DNA from: Candidatus Parasutterella gallistercoris
GTDB lineage: Bacteria > Pseudomonadota > Gammaproteobacteria > Burkholderiales > Burkholderiaceae_F
Assembly: GCA_019113195.1 (NCBI GenBank)
Contig: DXHW01000042.1
Location: 7,750-71,749 of the forward strand
Length of the DNA stretch: 64,000 nt
Reading direction: 5' to 3'
The notes beneath the pieces were generated by a model. The model was not told where the DNA came from, searched no databases, and worked only from the letters and a program-made list of their open reading frames with translations. Shown here one piece after another: positions 30,308 to 42,045 of this stretch. The translations under genes and the position numbers were made by a program. The number at the start of each line of letters is the position of its first letter. Within the stretch, counting starts at the first letter, position 1.

Positions 30308-30433
30308 TTATTGGGCAGCTTCAGAGACGAATTTGTTGAAAGAAAAGCAGTCGCGCATCGTAAACCGCGTTAGATGCAGTGTACGGCGTATGCCTATGTT
30401 GAATAGGCACTTGCCAATGTTGAAAGTGCACAT
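30308..30433 (-). CDS. speFL: SpeFL-like leader (arrest) peptide, 41 aa
   Basis: Translated by hand: MCTFNIGKCLFNIGIRRTLHLTRFTMRDCFSFNKFVSEAAQ*. The pattern IRRTxHxxxFxxRxxFxFxxF is in register with E. coli SpeFL. GAGG SD present. Confidence 0.82.
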   Translation of the reverse strand: MCTFNIGKCLFNIGIRRTLHLTRFTMRDCFSFNKFVSEAAQ

Positions 30434-30478
30434 AGCAGGAGCCTCTATTTTTATGTCTGCCGAATTGCAGAAGCAAAT

Positions 30479-30507
30479 ATTTTGACAACAAAAATTATGT
30501 CAGTCAA
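30479..30507 (-). promoter_or_regulatory. Putative sigma70 promoter for speFL-speF-potE
   Basis: TTGACT-N17-CAAAAT on the minus strand, about 45 nt above the leader ATG. Confidence 0.5.
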
Positions 30508-30736
30508 CACGATGTTACATAAATAAAATCATAATAAATTCATTGAAAACAATAGGATAGTTAGGTGTGCATCCAAAAATGGGTCCGAAGATGCGAGGGG
30601 TGTGAATTAGAGTCAGAGGAATGTCGACTAAATTAATTCTGACTTGGATTAACCAGATCGGATTTTTGCGCAGCGGACTCCGAGCGATTCGTTCTAAACT
30701 TTTCAAATTCAAAGGATTCTTTAGGCAGACACCACC

Positions 30737-32791
30737 TTGAAAATCATCAAATTCCCCAATTCTCCGTTTGAACTGCATCAGCCATTTGAGGCGGCCGGAG
30801 ATCAGCCTCAGGCCATCAAAGAGCTCGTCGAAGGCATTGAAGACGGCCTTACGGCCCAGACGCTGCTTGGTGTGACTGGAAGCGGCAAAACTTACACGAT
30901 GGCAAACGTTATCGCTCGAACCGGTTTGCCGACGCTGATCATGGCGCCGAATAAAACCCTTGCTGCCCAGCTCTACGCGGAAATGAGAGACTTCTTCCCG
31001 AATAACGCGGTGGAGTACTTCGTGAGCTATTACGACTACTACCAGCCGGAAGCTTACGTACCTCAGCGGGACCTCTTTATTGAAAAAGATTCTGCCATCA
31101 ACGAGCACATCGAGCAGATGCGTCTGTCGGCTTCAAAGAGTGTGCTGGAACGTCGCGATGTGATCATTGTGGCCACTGTCTCCGCTATCTACGGTATCGG
31201 TAAACCTGAGTCCTACACCGAGATGCGTCTTATCCTGAAAGTCGGTGACAAGATCGAACAGCGGGATTTGATTTCTCATTTGGTCCGCATCCAATACGAA
31301 CGCAACGATATGGAATTCACGCGCGGGAAGTTCCGCGTTCGCGGCGACACAATCGACGTGTTCCCGGCCGAGCACTCGGAAATGGCGCTGCGTATTGAGC
31401 TGTTCGATGACGAAATCGAAGCTATGTATTTCTTTGATCCGCTGACCGGCAAAACTCGCCAGAAGGTAGACCGCTTTGCTATCTATCCGACATCGAACTA
31501 TGTCACGCCGAGAAACGATATCCTGCGAGCGATTGAAGCCATCAAAGACGAGCTTCGGGATCAGGAGACTAAATTTATAGAGAGCGGCAAGCTGCTTGAA
31601 GCGCAGCGTATCCGCGAAAGAACACTCTTTGACTTGGAGATGCTCCATGAAGTGGGTTTCTGCAAAGGCATTGAGAACTACAGCCGCCACTTAGCAGGAG
31701 GTCTGCCCGGAGAGCCGCCTCCGACCTTGATCGACTATCTGCCGAAAGACGCGCTGATGTTCTTTGACGAATCTCACGTTCTTTTAGGTCAGATCGGCGG
31801 AATGTATCGCGGAGACAGCGCAAGAAAAGAAACCCTCGTCACCTACGGCTTCCGTCTTCCGAGCGCCAAAGACAACCGTCCGCTCCGCTTTGACGAATTC
31901 GAAAGCAAGATGCGTCGTGCGATCTTTGTCTCGGCCACCCCGGCAGACTATGAGCTGAATCATTCTTCTCAGATCGTTGAACAGGTGGTGCGTCCGACGG
32001 GCCTCGTGGACCCGGAAGTAGAAGTACGCCCGGCTACGACTCAGGTGGACGATGTACTCGGCGAAATCAAAGAGAGAATCTCTAAAGGTCAGCGAATTCT
32101 GATTACGACCCTGACCAAACGCATGGCCGAGGACTTAACGGATTTCCTGCAGGATAACGACATCAAAGTCCGTTACCTTCACTCAGACATTGATACGGTG
32201 GAACGCGTGGAAATCATTCGTGACCTGCGCGCCGGAGTTTTCGATGTTCTGATCGGCATTAACTTGCTGAGAGAAGGTCTGGATATTCCGGAAGTAGCAC
32301 TGGTCGCAATTTTGGATGCGGATAAAGAAGGCTTCCTGCGAAGCGAGCGTTCTCTCATTCAGACCATCGGACGTGCTGCGCGAAATGTTGAAGGCAAAGC
32401 CATTCTGTATGCCGATACGATTACCGATTCCATGCGCCGAGCGATGGACGAAACGGCTCGACGCAGAGAAAAACAAACGGCTTACAACGTCGCACACAAC
32501 ATCACGCCTAAGAGCGTTAAGAAAGGGATCCGTGACATTATTGACGGTGTCTATAAGAGCGATAGTCTTGAAAACGAATTCGGTCTGGTTGACGGTCAGG
32601 ATTACGAAAAAATGGGGCCGAAAGAACTGGCTCGCGAAATCAAACGTCTCGAAAATGAAATGTTTGAGCATGCTAAGAATCTCGAATTCGAAAAAGCCTC
32701 CGAAGTCCGTGATAAATTGGCGTCTATTCGTAAACAGGTTTTCGGTGCAACGCCCGGCGAGGATGAAGAAGGCGCAAAGCCGAATGCTTGA
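30737..32791 (+). CDS. uvrB: Excinuclease ABC subunit UvrB
   Basis: [14 protein letters not shown] and [14 protein letters not shown] motifs; C-terminal UVR domain. Confidence 0.98.
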   Translation: MKIIKFPNSPFELHQPFEAAGDQPQAIKELVEGIEDGLTAQTLLGVTGSGKTYTMANVIARTGLPTLIMAPNKTLAAQLYAEMRDFFPNNAVEYFVSYYDYYQPEAYVPQRDLFIEKDSAINEHIEQMRLSASKSVLERRDVIIVATVSAIYGIGKPESYTEMRLILKVGDKIEQRDLISHLVRIQYERNDMEFTRGKFRVRGDTIDVFPAEHSEMALRIELFDDEIEAMYFFDPLTGKTRQKVDRFAIYPTSNYVTPRNDILRAIEAIKDELRDQETKFIESGKLLEAQRIRERTLFDLEMLHEVGFCKGIENYSRHLAGGLPGEPPPTLIDYLPKDALMFFDESHVLLGQIGGMYRGDSARKETLVTYGFRLPSAKDNRPLRFDEFESKMRRAIFVSATPADYELNHSSQIVEQVVRPTGLVDPEVEVRPATTQVDDVLGEIKERISKGQRILITTLTKRMAEDLTDFLQDNDIKVRYLHSDIDTVERVEIIRDLRAGVFDVLIGINLLREGLDIPEVALVAILDADKEGFLRSERSLIQTIGRAARNVEGKAILYADTITDSMRRAMDETARRREKQTAYNVAHNITPKSVKKGIRDIIDGVYKSDSLENEFGLVDGQDYEKMGPKELAREIKRLENEMFEHAKNLEFEKASEVRDKLASIRKQVFGATPGEDEEGAKPNA

Positions 32792-32934
32792 GTGCTCATT
32801 TTGAGTTGAATTATTAGTAATTACCCTATACATTTTTGCAAAAAGCGTTAGGGGCTCGTAAGCTATTGCAACCTGCCTGCGGTGTACGCGAGAGAGGTGT
32901 GATTAATTCGTCAATTAAGAAGAATGCAAAAAAC

Positions 32935-33432
32935 ATGGTAAAAGTTTTATTTGTGTGCATGGGGAATATCTGTCGTTCCCCTACGGCTGAAGCAGTTTTT
33001 AAGAAAATGGTGAAGGAAGCCGGACTGACTGACAAAGTAATCGTGGATTCTGCCGGTACACATGGTTATCACGTCGGAGAGGCGCCGGACGTGCGCGCTC
33101 AGATTGCAGGCCGTAAGCGCGGATATGACTTATCCGAGCTGAGAGCCCGTCAGATTACATCCGACGACTTTAGGGAGTGCGACTTCATTTTGGCGATGGA
33201 CTGGGAAAATCTGACTGCTATGCAGCAGATCTGCCCGCCGATGTATAAACACAAGCTGGCGCTCCTGATGCGCTACGCAACCGAATACGATACGGCTGTA
33301 GTGCCCGATCCGTATTACGGCGGCAATGAAGGTTTTAACACAGTGCTCGACTACTGTGAAGACGCTTGCGAAGGTTTGCTTGAAGTCGTCAAGAAACGCG
33401 CTTCCGTCTACATTCCCGGCTCAGCTCTGTAG
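32935..33432 (+). CDS. Low-molecular-weight protein-tyrosine phosphatase
   Basis: VCMGNICRSP and DPYYG motifs; start at ATG 32935. Confidence 0.93.
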   Translation: MVKVLFVCMGNICRSPTAEAVFKKMVKEAGLTDKVIVDSAGTHGYHVGEAPDVRAQIAGRKRGYDLSELRARQITSDDFRECDFILAMDWENLTAMQQICPPMYKHKLALLMRYATEYDTAVVPDPYYGGNEGFNTVLDYCEDACEGLLEVVKKRASVYIPGSAL

Positions 33433-33457
33433 CCGCTGAAAATTCATTTTCCTTTTT

Positions 33458-33479
33458 AGCCCTCTTCGGAGGGCTTTTT
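33458..33479 (+). terminator. Intrinsic terminator
   Basis: AGCCCTC-TTCG-GAGGGCT followed by TTTT. Confidence 0.8.
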
Positions 33480-33482
33480 CAA

Positions 33483-33541
33483 TTCCGACTATTGCGCTCG
33501 GAAATAAAACGGTCTATTATTTCCGACTAAATGAATCGGAA
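33483..33541 (+). promoter_or_regulatory. isc promoter with two putative IscR operators
   Basis: TTCCGA-N9-TCGGAA at 33483-33503 and 33521-33541, overlapping or abutting TTGCGC-N17-TATTAT (33492-33520). Resembles type-1 IscR sites. Confidence 0.72.
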
Positions 33542-33546
33542 TAAGT

Positions 33547-34002
33547 ATGAAACTCACTACTAAAGGCCGTTTTGCCGTCACCGCAATGCTTGATATTGCT
33601 CTCCACGATCCGGAAGAGTACGTATCCATTGCTGCGATCGGGGACAGACGCCATCTTTCAAGTGCCTATCTTGAGCAGATCTTCGGAAAGCTGCGCAGAG
33701 CCGGACTCCTTGAAGGCGTGCGCGGTCCTGCCGGCGGTTACCGTTTGGCCAAGCCTGCAGATCAGATCACGGTGATCGATATTTTGGAAGCCGTGGACGA
33801 TCCGCTGGAGAAAGCCAGCTGCGATAAAAACAGAGAAGTCTGCGACGGAGAAGGTGAGTGCATCACATTCGATCTTTGGGAAAGCCTCAACGAGGAAATC
33901 CGAAAGTTCCTGAAAGGGATCTCGCTGAAAAACCTGGCTGACAAGAAAAAGCTCAAAGATCAGGGCTTAAGCCCCGTATCCATTATCAAACCGAAGGTTT
34001 AA
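33547..34002 (+). CDS. iscR: Fe-S cluster assembly regulator IscR (Rrf2)
   Basis: [20 protein letters not shown] and RGPAGGY motifs; three Cys; first gene of the isc operon. Confidence 0.93.
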   Translation: MKLTTKGRFAVTAMLDIALHDPEEYVSIAAIGDRRHLSSAYLEQIFGKLRRAGLLEGVRGPAGGYRLAKPADQITVIDILEAVDDPLEKASCDKNREVCDGEGECITFDLWESLNEEIRKFLKGISLKNLADKKKLKDQGLSPVSIIKPKV

Positions 34003-34037
34003 TAAATCCCCAATTTATCTCTTCATTGGAGCTAATC

Positions 34038-35246
34038 ATGAAGTTCCCTATTTACCTTGATTATTCTGCGACTACGCCTGTGGATCCTCGTGTCGTCGAT
34101 AAGATGATTCCTTTCCTCTACGAGAATTTCGGCAACGCTGCCAGCACGAGCCACGAGTACGGCTGGAAAGCCAAAGAGGCTGTTGAAAACGCCCGCGCTG
34201 AAGTGGCAGCATTGATCAACGCCGATCCGAAAGAAATCGTTTGGACCAGCGGCGCAACCGAAAGCGACAACCTCGCAATCAAGGGTGCAGCTCGTTTCCA
34301 CAAGGACAAGGGCAAGCATTTAATCACGGTAAAGACCGAACACAAAGCGGTGTTGGACTCCATGCGCGAGCTCGAACGCGAAGGCTTTGAAGTCACCTAC
34401 ATGGATGTCGGCAAGGACGGACTCTTAGACCTCGACGCTTTGGCTAAAGCCATGCGTTCTGATACAACTCTGGTTTCCGTGATGGCCGTCAACAACGAAA
34501 TCGGCGTTATTCAGGACATCGAAAAAATCGGTGAAATGTGCCGCGAACGCGGAATCCTGTTCCACGTCGACGCCACTCAGGCCGCCGGCAAGATTCCTCT
34601 GGACATGGAAAAACTCAAAGTCGACCTGATGAGCCTTTCTGCTCACAAGCTTTACGGACCGAAAGGTATGGGTGCTCTTTACGTTCGCCGTAAACCGCGT
34701 GCCCGTATCGAAGCCATCATCCACGGCGGCGGCCACGAAAGAGGCATGCGCTCCGGCACGCTCGCCACACACCAGATCGTCGGTATGGGCGAAGCCTACA
34801 GACTGTGCCGTCTGGAAATGGATGAAGAAATGAAGCGTATCGGCGCTCTTCGCGACAGACTTTGGAAAGGCTTAAGCGAAATCGAAGCCGTTCACGTTAA
34901 CGGAAGCTTGGAACACAGAGCTCCGTTCAATCTCAATGTCAGCTTCGCGTTTGTTGAAGGCGAGGCCCTTATGGCCAGCTGCCCGGAAATCGCCGTTTCT
35001 TCCGGCTCCGCCTGCACTTCCGCCAGCTTGGAACCGTCCTATGTTCTTCGTGCCCTCGGTATCGATGACGAACTGGCTCACAGCTCCATCCGTTTCAGCT
35101 TAGGCCGCTTTACGACGGAAGAAGAGATTGACTACACCATCAAGCTCATCAAAGAAAAGGTTGCACAGCTTCGTGAAATGTCCCCGCTTTGGGAGATGTA
35201 CAAGGAAGGCGTGGACATGAAACAAGTTAAATGGACAGAACACTAA
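34038..35246 (+). CDS. iscS: Cysteine desulfurase IscS
   Basis: [19 protein letters not shown] and SSGSACTS motifs. Confidence 0.97.
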   Translation: MKFPIYLDYSATTPVDPRVVDKMIPFLYENFGNAASTSHEYGWKAKEAVENARAEVAALINADPKEIVWTSGATESDNLAIKGAARFHKDKGKHLITVKTEHKAVLDSMRELEREGFEVTYMDVGKDGLLDLDALAKAMRSDTTLVSVMAVNNEIGVIQDIEKIGEMCRERGILFHVDATQAAGKIPLDMEKLKVDLMSLSAHKLYGPKGMGALYVRRKPRARIEAIIHGGGHERGMRSGTLATHQIVGMGEAYRLCRLEMDEEMKRIGALRDRLWKGLSEIEAVHVNGSLEHRAPFNLNVSFAFVEGEALMASCPEIAVSSGSACTSASLEPSYVLRALGIDDELAHSSIRFSLGRFTTEEEIDYTIKLIKEKVAQLREMSPLWEMYKEGVDMKQVKWTEH

Positions 35247-35261
35247 TAAGGAAAGAAAAGA

Positions 35262-35657
35262 ATGCAATACAGCGATAAAGTGATGGATCATTTCCAGCAC
35301 CCCAGAAATGTCGGCAGACTGGATAAAAACGATCCGAACGTCGGAACCGGTACGCGCGGCGCTCCCGCCTGCGGCGACGTTTTAAGCCTGCAGATCAAGG
35401 TCAATGACAACGGCGTAATCGAAGACGCTAAGTTCAAAACCTACGGCTGCACCAGCGCCATCGCTTCCAGCTCCTTGGTCACCGAACTGATCAAGGGCAA
35501 GACTCTGGAAGAAGCCGAACAGCTCAAAAATACGGCCATTGCCGAGGAGCTCGAGCTTCCTCCCGTCAAAATTCACTGCTCGATTCTTGCTGAAGATGCC
35601 ATTAAGGCCGCAGTGGAAGACTATCGTCAGAAACAAGCTCAGATTAAGGATAAATAA
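35262..35657 (+). CDS. iscU: Fe-S scaffold IscU
   Basis: GAPACGD and LPPVKIHCS motifs. Confidence 0.96.
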   Translation: MQYSDKVMDHFQHPRNVGRLDKNDPNVGTGTRGAPACGDVLSLQIKVNDNGVIEDAKFKTYGCTSAIASSSLVTELIKGKTLEEAEQLKNTAIAEELELPPVKIHCSILAEDAIKAAVEDYRQKQAQIKDK

Positions 35658-35980
35658 TGTCGGTAACATTGACAGAAAAAGCAGCTTCCCACGTTGAAGA
35701 ATTCCTTCGTAAACGCGGCAAAGGCGTCGGTCTTAGAGTCGGTGTCAAAACCAGCGGCTGCTCCGGTATGGCTTACGCCTTAGAGTTTGCGGACAAAATC
35801 GAGCCCGAAGATCAGGTTTATGAAAGCTTCGGGATCAAGGTGATCGTCGATCCTAAGAGCCTGCCTTATATCAACGGGACTGAACTGGACTTTGTCCGTG
35901 AAGGTCTCAATACCGGATTCAAATTCAAGAACCCGAACGAGAAAGAAAGCTGCGGTTGCGGCAAATCTTTCCATGTCTAA
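35657..35980 (+). CDS. iscA: Fe-S assembly protein IscA
   Basis: GCSGMAY and CGCGKSF motifs. Confidence 0.96.
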   Translation: MSVTLTEKAASHVEEFLRKRGKGVGLRVGVKTSGCSGMAYALEFADKIEPEDQVYESFGIKVIVDPKSLPYINGTELDFVREGLNTGFKFKNPNEKESCGCGKSFHV

Positions 35981-35996
35981 CTAAAGCGGAGGCATT

Positions 35997-36497
35997 ATGG
36001 CGGCGCTGAACCCTTTTGAAATTTTCGGTCTGAAGCCACAGTTCCGAATTGATAAACAAAAGCTGGATGAAAAGTATTTTGAGATCCAAAAGAAGGTTCA
36101 TCCCGACCGTTTTGCCTCGGCAAGCGACGCTGAAAAACGCGTTGCCCAGCAGTGGGCAACGCTGATCAATGACGCTTATCAAAAACTCAGCGATCCGATT
36201 CAGTGCGGCAAGGTCCTGTGCGCTCTGCGCGGACATCCGATTGATGAGGACAGCAGCGGTTCGATCTCCGAAGAGTTTCTTTTTGAACAGCTCGAGCGCC
36301 GAGAGGCCATTGCTGACGCCAAAGGCGCTGGCGATACGGCTGAGCTCGAAGTCATGAAGAAAGCCATAGAAAAGGAAAAGAACGAACTGCTTAACGAAGT
36401 TGCAGATGCGTTCGATGTGAAATCTGATGTCTCGCTGGCGGCAGAGGATTTAAAAAAGGTTATGTTTTTAAATCGCCAGCTACTGGATTTTGAATAA
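35997..36497 (+). CDS. hscB: Co-chaperone HscB
   Basis: J-domain HPD motif; isc operon position. Confidence 0.93.
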   Translation: MAALNPFEIFGLKPQFRIDKQKLDEKYFEIQKKVHPDRFASASDAEKRVAQQWATLINDAYQKLSDPIQCGKVLCALRGHPIDEDSSGSISEEFLFEQLERREAIADAKGAGDTAELEVMKKAIEKEKNELLNEVADAFDVKSDVSLAAEDLKKVMFLNRQLLDFE

Positions 36498-38356
36498 TGT
36501 CACTTCTGCAAATTGCCGAACCCGGAATGTCGACAGCACCGCATCAAGAGCGGTTCGCTGTCGGTATTGATTTAGGCACCACGAATTCATTGGCGGCCAC
36601 CGTTAGAAACGGTTCTCCTGAAGTTCTTGTCGATGAAAAAAATCAGAAACTGCTGCCCTCTGTTGTTCATTATGAGAAGAACGGAGACGTTGTCGTAGGT
36701 GAAGAAGCTCGGCTGCGTGCAGAAGCCGACCCGCTCAATACCATTTCCAGCGTCAAACGCCTGATGGGCCGAAGTGCTTCCGAACTTCAGAACAATCGCT
36801 ACATGCCCTATGACTTCATTAAAGGCGAAGGCATGGTCAAACTCAACACTTCTCAGGGTGCCAAGAGCCCCGTGGAAGTGTCTGCAGAAATTCTGAAAGT
36901 CCTTAAAAAACGCGCCGAAGACGCCTTAGGCGGTGAACTGGTAGGCGCTGTTGTGACCGTACCGGCTTACTTTGACGACGCTCAGCGTCAGGCTACAAAA
37001 GACGCTGCCAAACTCTCCGGTTTGAATGTTCTTCGTCTCTTGAGCGAACCGACGGCCGCTGCCTTGGCTTACGGGCTCGATACCGGCGCGGAAGGTCTTT
37101 ACATTGTTTATGACTTAGGCGGCGGAACTTTTGACGTCTCTGTCCTTCGTTTGCGCAAAGGCGTTTTTGAGGTGCTCGCCACCGGTGGCAACAGTCAGTT
37201 GGGCGGCGACGATTTTGATCAGCGCCTTTACTGCTGGGTCATTGATCAGGCCGGTCGCCCGCTTCTGACGCATTCCGACAGCCGTATGCTGATGGCAAAA
37301 GCCAAGGCGGCTAAAGAAATGCTCACAACGGAAAAGAAGGCAACGATTCATGCCAAGATTTCCGGTGACCGTATTATCAATGTCACGATTACTCGCGAAG
37401 TTTTTGATTCCATTACGCATCACCTGGTGGCAAGAACTATTGAAGCTACAAAGCAGACATTAAAAGATGCCGGTCTCAAGCGTGATGAAGTAAAAGGTGT
37501 GGTGCTCGTCGGCGGTTCCACCCGCATGCCCTGCATCCGCAAAGCTGTCGCTGATTACTTTGATCGCGAACCGCTGACTGATATCGACCCGGATGAAGTC
37601 GTGGCAATCGGTGCCGCGCTCCAAGCCAATTTGCTTGCCGGCAACCGCAGCGACGAAGACTGGCTCTTGCTTGACGTCACACCCCTCTCCCTCGGTCTTG
37701 AGACCATGGGCGGTTTGGTCGAAAAAGTCATTCCCCGCAATACGCCGATTCCTGTGGCTATGGCTCAGGACTTTACAACCTTCAAGGACGGTCAGACCGC
37801 GATGTCGATCCATGTCCTTCAGGGTGAACGAGATTTAGTGGAAGAGTGCCGCTCTTTGGCCAAATTCTCTTTGCGCGGCATTCCACCGAAAGTTGCCGGT
37901 GCGGCTCGTATTCGTGTGACGTTTCAGGTCGACGCCGACGGACTTTTGTCGGTCACGGCCCGCGAACAAACCACGGGCGTGGAAGCATCCGTTACGGTCA
38001 AGCCTTCTTATGGTCTGTCGGAAGATGAAATCAGCCGCATCCTGAAAGACTCCTTCGGTCATGCCGAAGAAGATATGAAGCTGCGCGAATTGCGCGAGCA
38101 GAAAGTCGAGTCTGCGCGTCTTCTGGAAAGCATTTACTCCGCACTGTCCTCCGACGCCGACCTTCTCAATGAAGCCGAGCGCGCTCAGATCGACGCCATG
38201 ATTCAACATCTCGAGACCGTTCGCGCGCAAGATGACAAGGATGAAATTAAAAATTCGATTTCAGCACTGTCCGAGGGAACCAAGGACTTTGCTGCACGTC
38301 GAATGAACCGTACGATCTTGGAAGCACTCCAAGGCAAATCTGTTGACGAGGTTTAA
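36497..38356 (+). CDS. hscA: Chaperone HscA
   Basis: [19 protein letters not shown] and DLGGGTFD motifs. Confidence 0.96.
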   Translation: MSLLQIAEPGMSTAPHQERFAVGIDLGTTNSLAATVRNGSPEVLVDEKNQKLLPSVVHYEKNGDVVVGEEARLRAEADPLNTISSVKRLMGRSASELQNNRYMPYDFIKGEGMVKLNTSQGAKSPVEVSAEILKVLKKRAEDALGGELVGAVVTVPAYFDDAQRQATKDAAKLSGLNVLRLLSEPTAAALAYGLDTGAEGLYIVYDLGGGTFDVSVLRLRKGVFEVLATGGNSQLGGDDFDQRLYCWVIDQAGRPLLTHSDSRMLMAKAKAAKEMLTTEKKATIHAKISGDRIINVTITREVFDSITHHLVARTIEATKQTLKDAGLKRDEVKGVVLVGGSTRMPCIRKAVADYFDREPLTDIDPDEVVAIGAALQANLLAGNRSDEDWLLLDVTPLSLGLETMGGLVEKVIPRNTPIPVAMAQDFTTFKDGQTAMSIHVLQGERDLVEECRSLAKFSLRGIPPKVAGAARIRVTFQVDADGLLSVTAREQTTGVEASVTVKPSYGLSEDEISRILKDSFGHAEEDMKLRELREQKVESARLLESIYSALSSDADLLNEAERAQIDAMIQHLETVRAQDDKDEIKNSISALSEGTKDFAARRMNRTILEALQGKSVDEV

Positions 38357-38359
38357 AAA

Positions 38360-38698
38360 ATGCCGAAAGTAACCGTTTTACCGCATCCCGGAATCTGCCC
38401 GAACGGGGCTGAGTTTGAAGTCCCCGAAGGTGCAAACTTAGCTAAGGCTTTGGTCGCTAACGGCGTCAATATCGACCATGCCTGCGAGTTCTCCTGCGCC
38501 TGCACGACTTGTCACTGCTACATCGACAAAGGCTTTGACTCGTTAGAGCCTGCTGAAGACGATGAAGAAGACCTGCTTGATCAGGCCTGGGGTTTGAAAT
38601 CGAATTCCCGCCTGACTTGCCAGACAAAAGTCGGCAAAGAAGACATCACGGTCGAAATTCCGAAATACTCCCGTAATCATGCGAGAGAAAACGAATGA
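38360..38698 (+). CDS. fdx: ISC 2Fe-2S ferredoxin
   Basis: [13 protein letters not shown]...SRLTCQ. Confidence 0.95.
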   Translation: MPKVTVLPHPGICPNGAEFEVPEGANLAKALVANGVNIDHACEFSCACTTCHCYIDKGFDSLEPAEDDEEDLLDQAWGLKSNSRLTCQTKVGKEDITVEIPKYSRNHARENE

Positions 38699-38898
38699 TG
38701 AAGCTGACTTGGAAGGATCCGCGTGCCATTGCGGAAGAGCTCTACGATGAAAACCCGGATTTAGATCCGCTGACGATCAGCTTTGAGAAGATGCACGCGA
38801 TGATCGTCGCTCTCCCGGATTTTGATGACGATCCGGAAGCAAGCAACGAAAAAATACTGGAAGCCATCCTGGTAGCTTGGATGGACGAAAGAGAATAG
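38695..38898 (+). CDS. iscX: Fe-S assembly protein IscX
   Basis: W.D...IAEEL and [16 protein letters not shown] motifs. Confidence 0.93.
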   Translation: MMKLTWKDPRAIAEELYDENPDLDPLTISFEKMHAMIVALPDFDDDPEASNEKILEAILVAWMDERE

Positions 38899-38901
38899 TG
38901 T

Positions 38902-39741
38902 TTAGCCGGCCGGCTGATCTAAGAGATCAAGCAGGCCTTCCTGCCAAGCTAAACCGGCTAAAACAGCAAGGGACGATTCGAAAGTGAATCGTCCTTTTTC
39001 TATGCGTTCAATAATCGCTTCGGGCTCTAAGAGCTCAAAACACTCCACTTCGCCGTCCATGTTGTGAGGATGGAAAGAATCTTCAACGTAAGCGTTGCAG
39101 ATGTAGGCGATTTCTCGCATCCAGCCTTCATGAACGGGACGAGAAATGATATTGCGCGCGCTAAAAGAGATTTCAATGGATCCGGGTGCTACACAGGCTT
39201 CTTCAAACGCTTCGCGTTCCATCGCAAGCCCGAAAGGCTCGCCTGCGCCGACTAAGCCGGCCGCACAATTGTCCCAATAGCCCGGGCCGATCGCCTTCTT
39301 GAAAGAACGCTGAGCGACCCACATCCTGCCGTCACGCGTGAACGGATTCAGGTGAACGGCAAAGGTGTTAAAGGCAAAGGGACGGCACATTGCACGCTCA
39401 ATAACGGTCAAAGGCGACTCGCAGGCAATGTCATCCGAAGCAGTAACGGAAAGCAGTTCATCCCGCCAGGCAAAGACTTTGTCCGCGCCTTTATAAAGGT
39501 GCGAAACGGCAGCCAAGCGGCGCGAAGCCTGTCCGGGGCCTTCCGCGGTAAACACGAAAGCATCCGGACGAGCTTCACAGAAGCGAAAGGTTTTCGCTAA
39601 AAACTCGGCATCAGTTCGTTCAATATGCCCGGCTCGTACGTCGTTAAAGTAAAACGGAATACGGGAGGAGGGCACGGGAACTTCGGCCATGCCGTAAAGC
39701 TCTTTTAACAGAGCCGCGATTTTCAGCTTCCTTTCGCTCAT
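38902..39741 (-). CDS. NUDIX hydrolase (DUF4743-associated type)
   Basis: WRDE motif; Nudix box GLVGAGE......REAFEEA; N.DGEV motif. Confidence 0.85.
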   Translation of the reverse strand: MSERKLKIAALLKELYGMAEVPVPSSRIPFYFNDVRAGHIERTDAEFLAKTFRFCEARPDAFVFTAEGPGQASRRLAAVSHLYKGADKVFAWRDELLSVTASDDIACESPLTVIERAMCRPFAFNTFAVHLNPFTRDGRMWVAQRSFKKAIGPGYWDNCAAGLVGAGEPFGLAMEREAFEEACVAPGSIEISFSARNIISRPVHEGWMREIAYICNAYVEDSFHPHNMDGEVECFELLEPEAIIERIEKGRFTFESSLAVLAGLAWQEGLLDLLDQPAG

Positions 39742-39746
39742 GATTC

Positions 39747-41282
39747 TTAGGCCTCAGGACGCATATGCGGGAAGAGCAGAACGTCACGGATGCTCGGAGA
39801 GTCGGTGAGCAGCATGACAAAGCGGTCTAAGCCCACGCCGCAGCCGCCTGTCGGAGGCAGACCGTATTCTAGTGCGCGGACGTAGTCGGCGTCGTAGTAC
39901 ATAGCTTCATCATCGCCGCTGGCTTTCAGTTTTGCCTGAGCCATGAAGCGAGCAGCCTGATCCTGCGGATCGTTCAGCTCAGAGAACCCGTTGGCAGTTT
40001 CGCGGCCGGCCATGAAGAGTTCAAAACGCTCGGTGATGCCCGGGACTTTGTCGGAGGCGCGAGCCAGCGGAGAAATCTCAACCGGGTAGTCAATGATGTA
40101 AGTCGGCTGAATGAGTTTGGATTCGGCAACGGCTTCAAACATAGCCATCTGCAGAGCGCCGACGCCTGCGTCAGCCTTAGCGGGTTCACCCAGGCGCTTG
40201 AGTTCTTCCTGCATAAAGTCCTTGTCTTCGAGCTGCTCGGCGGTGTACTGCGGAGCGTACTTCAGGACGGCTTCTTTAGCGGTCAGGCGATCAAACGGTT
40301 TTGTGAGGTCGATGGTATGACCCTGATACTGAATGACAGCGGTACCGATCGTCTTTTCTGCGACGGTACGCAGAAGTTTTTCGGTGTAGTCCATGAGCCA
40401 GTGATATTCCTTGTAGGCTGCATAGAACTCCATCATTGTGAATTCAGGGTTGTGGCGAACGTCAACACCTTCGTTGCGGAAAGAGCGGTTGAGTTCAAAC
40501 ACGCGTTCAAAGCCGCCGACGACCAAGCGCTTCAGATAAAGTTCCGGTGCGATGCGCAGGTACATATCCATGTCGAGCGCATTGTGATGGGTGATGAAAG
40601 GTTTGGCATTGGCACCGCCGGGGATCGGATGGAGCATCGGAGTTTCCACTTCCATGAAGTGATGTTCCATCATGAATTTACGAGTTTCGGCGATCGCCTT
40701 GGAACGGATCATGAAGGTGCGGCGTGTGCTTTCGTTCATGATCAGATCGACATAGCGCTGACGATAGCGGGTTTCCGGATCGGAGAGGCCGTGGAACTTA
40801 TCCGGCAGCGGACGAATGTTCTTGGTCAGCAGACGGAAGTTCTTGACGCGGACGGAAAGTTCGCCGGTCTTGGTGAAGAACAGCGTGCCGGTTGCGCCGA
40901 CGATATCGCCGATGTCGACCATCTTCTTGAAGAAGTCGTAAGTTTCATCGCCCACTTCAGCCTTGGTGATAAAAAACTGGATGTGATCGGTGCCGTCTTT
41001 GACGGTCAGGAAGCTGGCTTTGCCCATGACGCGTTTGAGCATGACGCGGCCGGCAACAGTAACTTCGACCGGAGCAGCTTCAAGCTCTTCCGGCGTCTTG
41101 CTGCCGTTGGCAGCGCGCACTTCTTCAATGCGGTCTTTCTGAACGAAATCATTCGGATAAGCAACGCCTTCGGCTCTGAGTTTGTCGAGTTTGGCTAAAC
41201 GTTCGGCAATGATATGGTTCTCAGTCTCAAGAACGTCTTCTTTTTTGACGGTTTCTTTCTGGTTTTCCACTTTAGTCTCCAA
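39747..41282 (-). CDS. lysS: Lysine--tRNA ligase (class II)
   Basis: [27 protein letters not shown] and YGLPPTGG motifs. True start may be GTG 41270. Confidence 0.97.
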   Translation of the reverse strand: METKVENQKETVKKEDVLETENHIIAERLAKLDKLRAEGVAYPNDFVQKDRIEEVRAANGSKTPEELEAAPVEVTVAGRVMLKRVMGKASFLTVKDGTDHIQFFITKAEVGDETYDFFKKMVDIGDIVGATGTLFFTKTGELSVRVKNFRLLTKNIRPLPDKFHGLSDPETRYRQRYVDLIMNESTRRTFMIRSKAIAETRKFMMEHHFMEVETPMLHPIPGGANAKPFITHHNALDMDMYLRIAPELYLKRLVVGGFERVFELNRSFRNEGVDVRHNPEFTMMEFYAAYKEYHWLMDYTEKLLRTVAEKTIGTAVIQYQGHTIDLTKPFDRLTAKEAVLKYAPQYTAEQLEDKDFMQEELKRLGEPAKADAGVGALQMAMFEAVAESKLIQPTYIIDYPVEISPLARASDKVPGITERFELFMAGRETANGFSELNDPQDQAARFMAQAKLKASGDDEAMYYDADYVRALEYGLPPTGGCGVGLDRFVMLLTDSPSIRDVLLFPHMRPEA

Positions 41283-42045
41283 CAGAAATATTGCGAATAT
41301 CCGAGATGGGCTCTTTGCCGAACTCGTCGCTGTTGAGGTAATTTAAAAGTCGTTTGGCAGTGTCTTCGGGGCTCTGAAGTTTTCCGTCTTTTTCTAAGTC
41401 GATAAAACGGTCAACGTTCGGAAAATCTTCTTTAGACGAAGCGCGGATGCTGCCCTGCATGTCGGTATTTACAACGCCCGGAGCAACGGCGCTCAGGCGT
41501 GCTGGATTGGGTTTTCCCTGCTGATCTTCGGCGGTGACGGCGGTGAAGCGGTCAAGGGCTGCTTTGGTTGAGCAGTACATGGCCCAGCCGGGAACGGACT
41601 TGCGTCCGGCGCCGGAAGAAATATTCATAACGCGGCGTTCGCCTTTCCAGTCGCGTGTCTCATTCAGAAAAGCCTGAGTCAGCAGCACCGGGATTTCAAA
41701 GTTGACGCGGATGCAGTCAACAGCAGCCTGCGGGGAAGCATTTTCAATCGGGCCGACCGGACCGAGCACGCCGGCGTTGTTGATCAGAATCAGACGGTCG
41801 TGTTCGGCGTATTCCTTATCGGAAAGCAGCCACATCAAAAGCTCGACAGCGCCCTTGCGGTCAAGCAAGTCCGCTGTGAACTGGATGAAATTGCAGCCGA
41901 TCTTATCGGCTTCTTCTACTAAGGCTTTCGAGGGACGGCGTTCCATCGTCACGACGGTGTCGCCGGCCTTAAGCGACTGACGGGCTAATTCAAAACCGAG
42001 CCCTTTAGAGGCACCGGTAATAATGGTGAGAGTCTTCACGCTCAA
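41272..42045 (-). CDS. Short-chain dehydrogenase/reductase (sepiapterin/benzil reductase-like)
   Basis: [13 protein letters not shown] and YCSTK motifs. Confidence 0.9.
   Translation of the reverse strand: MSVKTLTIITGASKGLGFELARQSLKAGDTVVTMERRPSKALVEEADKIGCNFIQFTADLLDRKGAVELLMWLLSDKEYAEHDRLILINNAGVLGPVGPIENASPQAAVDCIRVNFEIPVLLTQAFLNETRDWKGERRVMNISSGAGRKSVPGWAMYCSTKAALDRFTAVTAEDQQGKPNPARLSAVAPGVVNTDMQGSIRASSKEDFPNVDRFIDLEKDGKLQSPEDTAKRLLNYLNSDEFGKEPISDIRNISVGD

Noticed and set aside
30282-30485. 67-aa plus-strand ORF upstream of speF
   Set aside because: It is antisense to the better-supported SpeFL-like peptide.
30500-30736. LexA box upstream of uvrB
   Set aside because: No CTGT-N8-ACAG match was seen.
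30515-31108. 197-aa minus-strand ORF
   Set aside because: It is mostly antisense to uvrB and shows no independent coding signal.
41272-42045. SDR inserted between prfB and lysS as a novelty
   Set aside because: I recall this arrangement from other Burkholderiales, so it is treated as ordinary.
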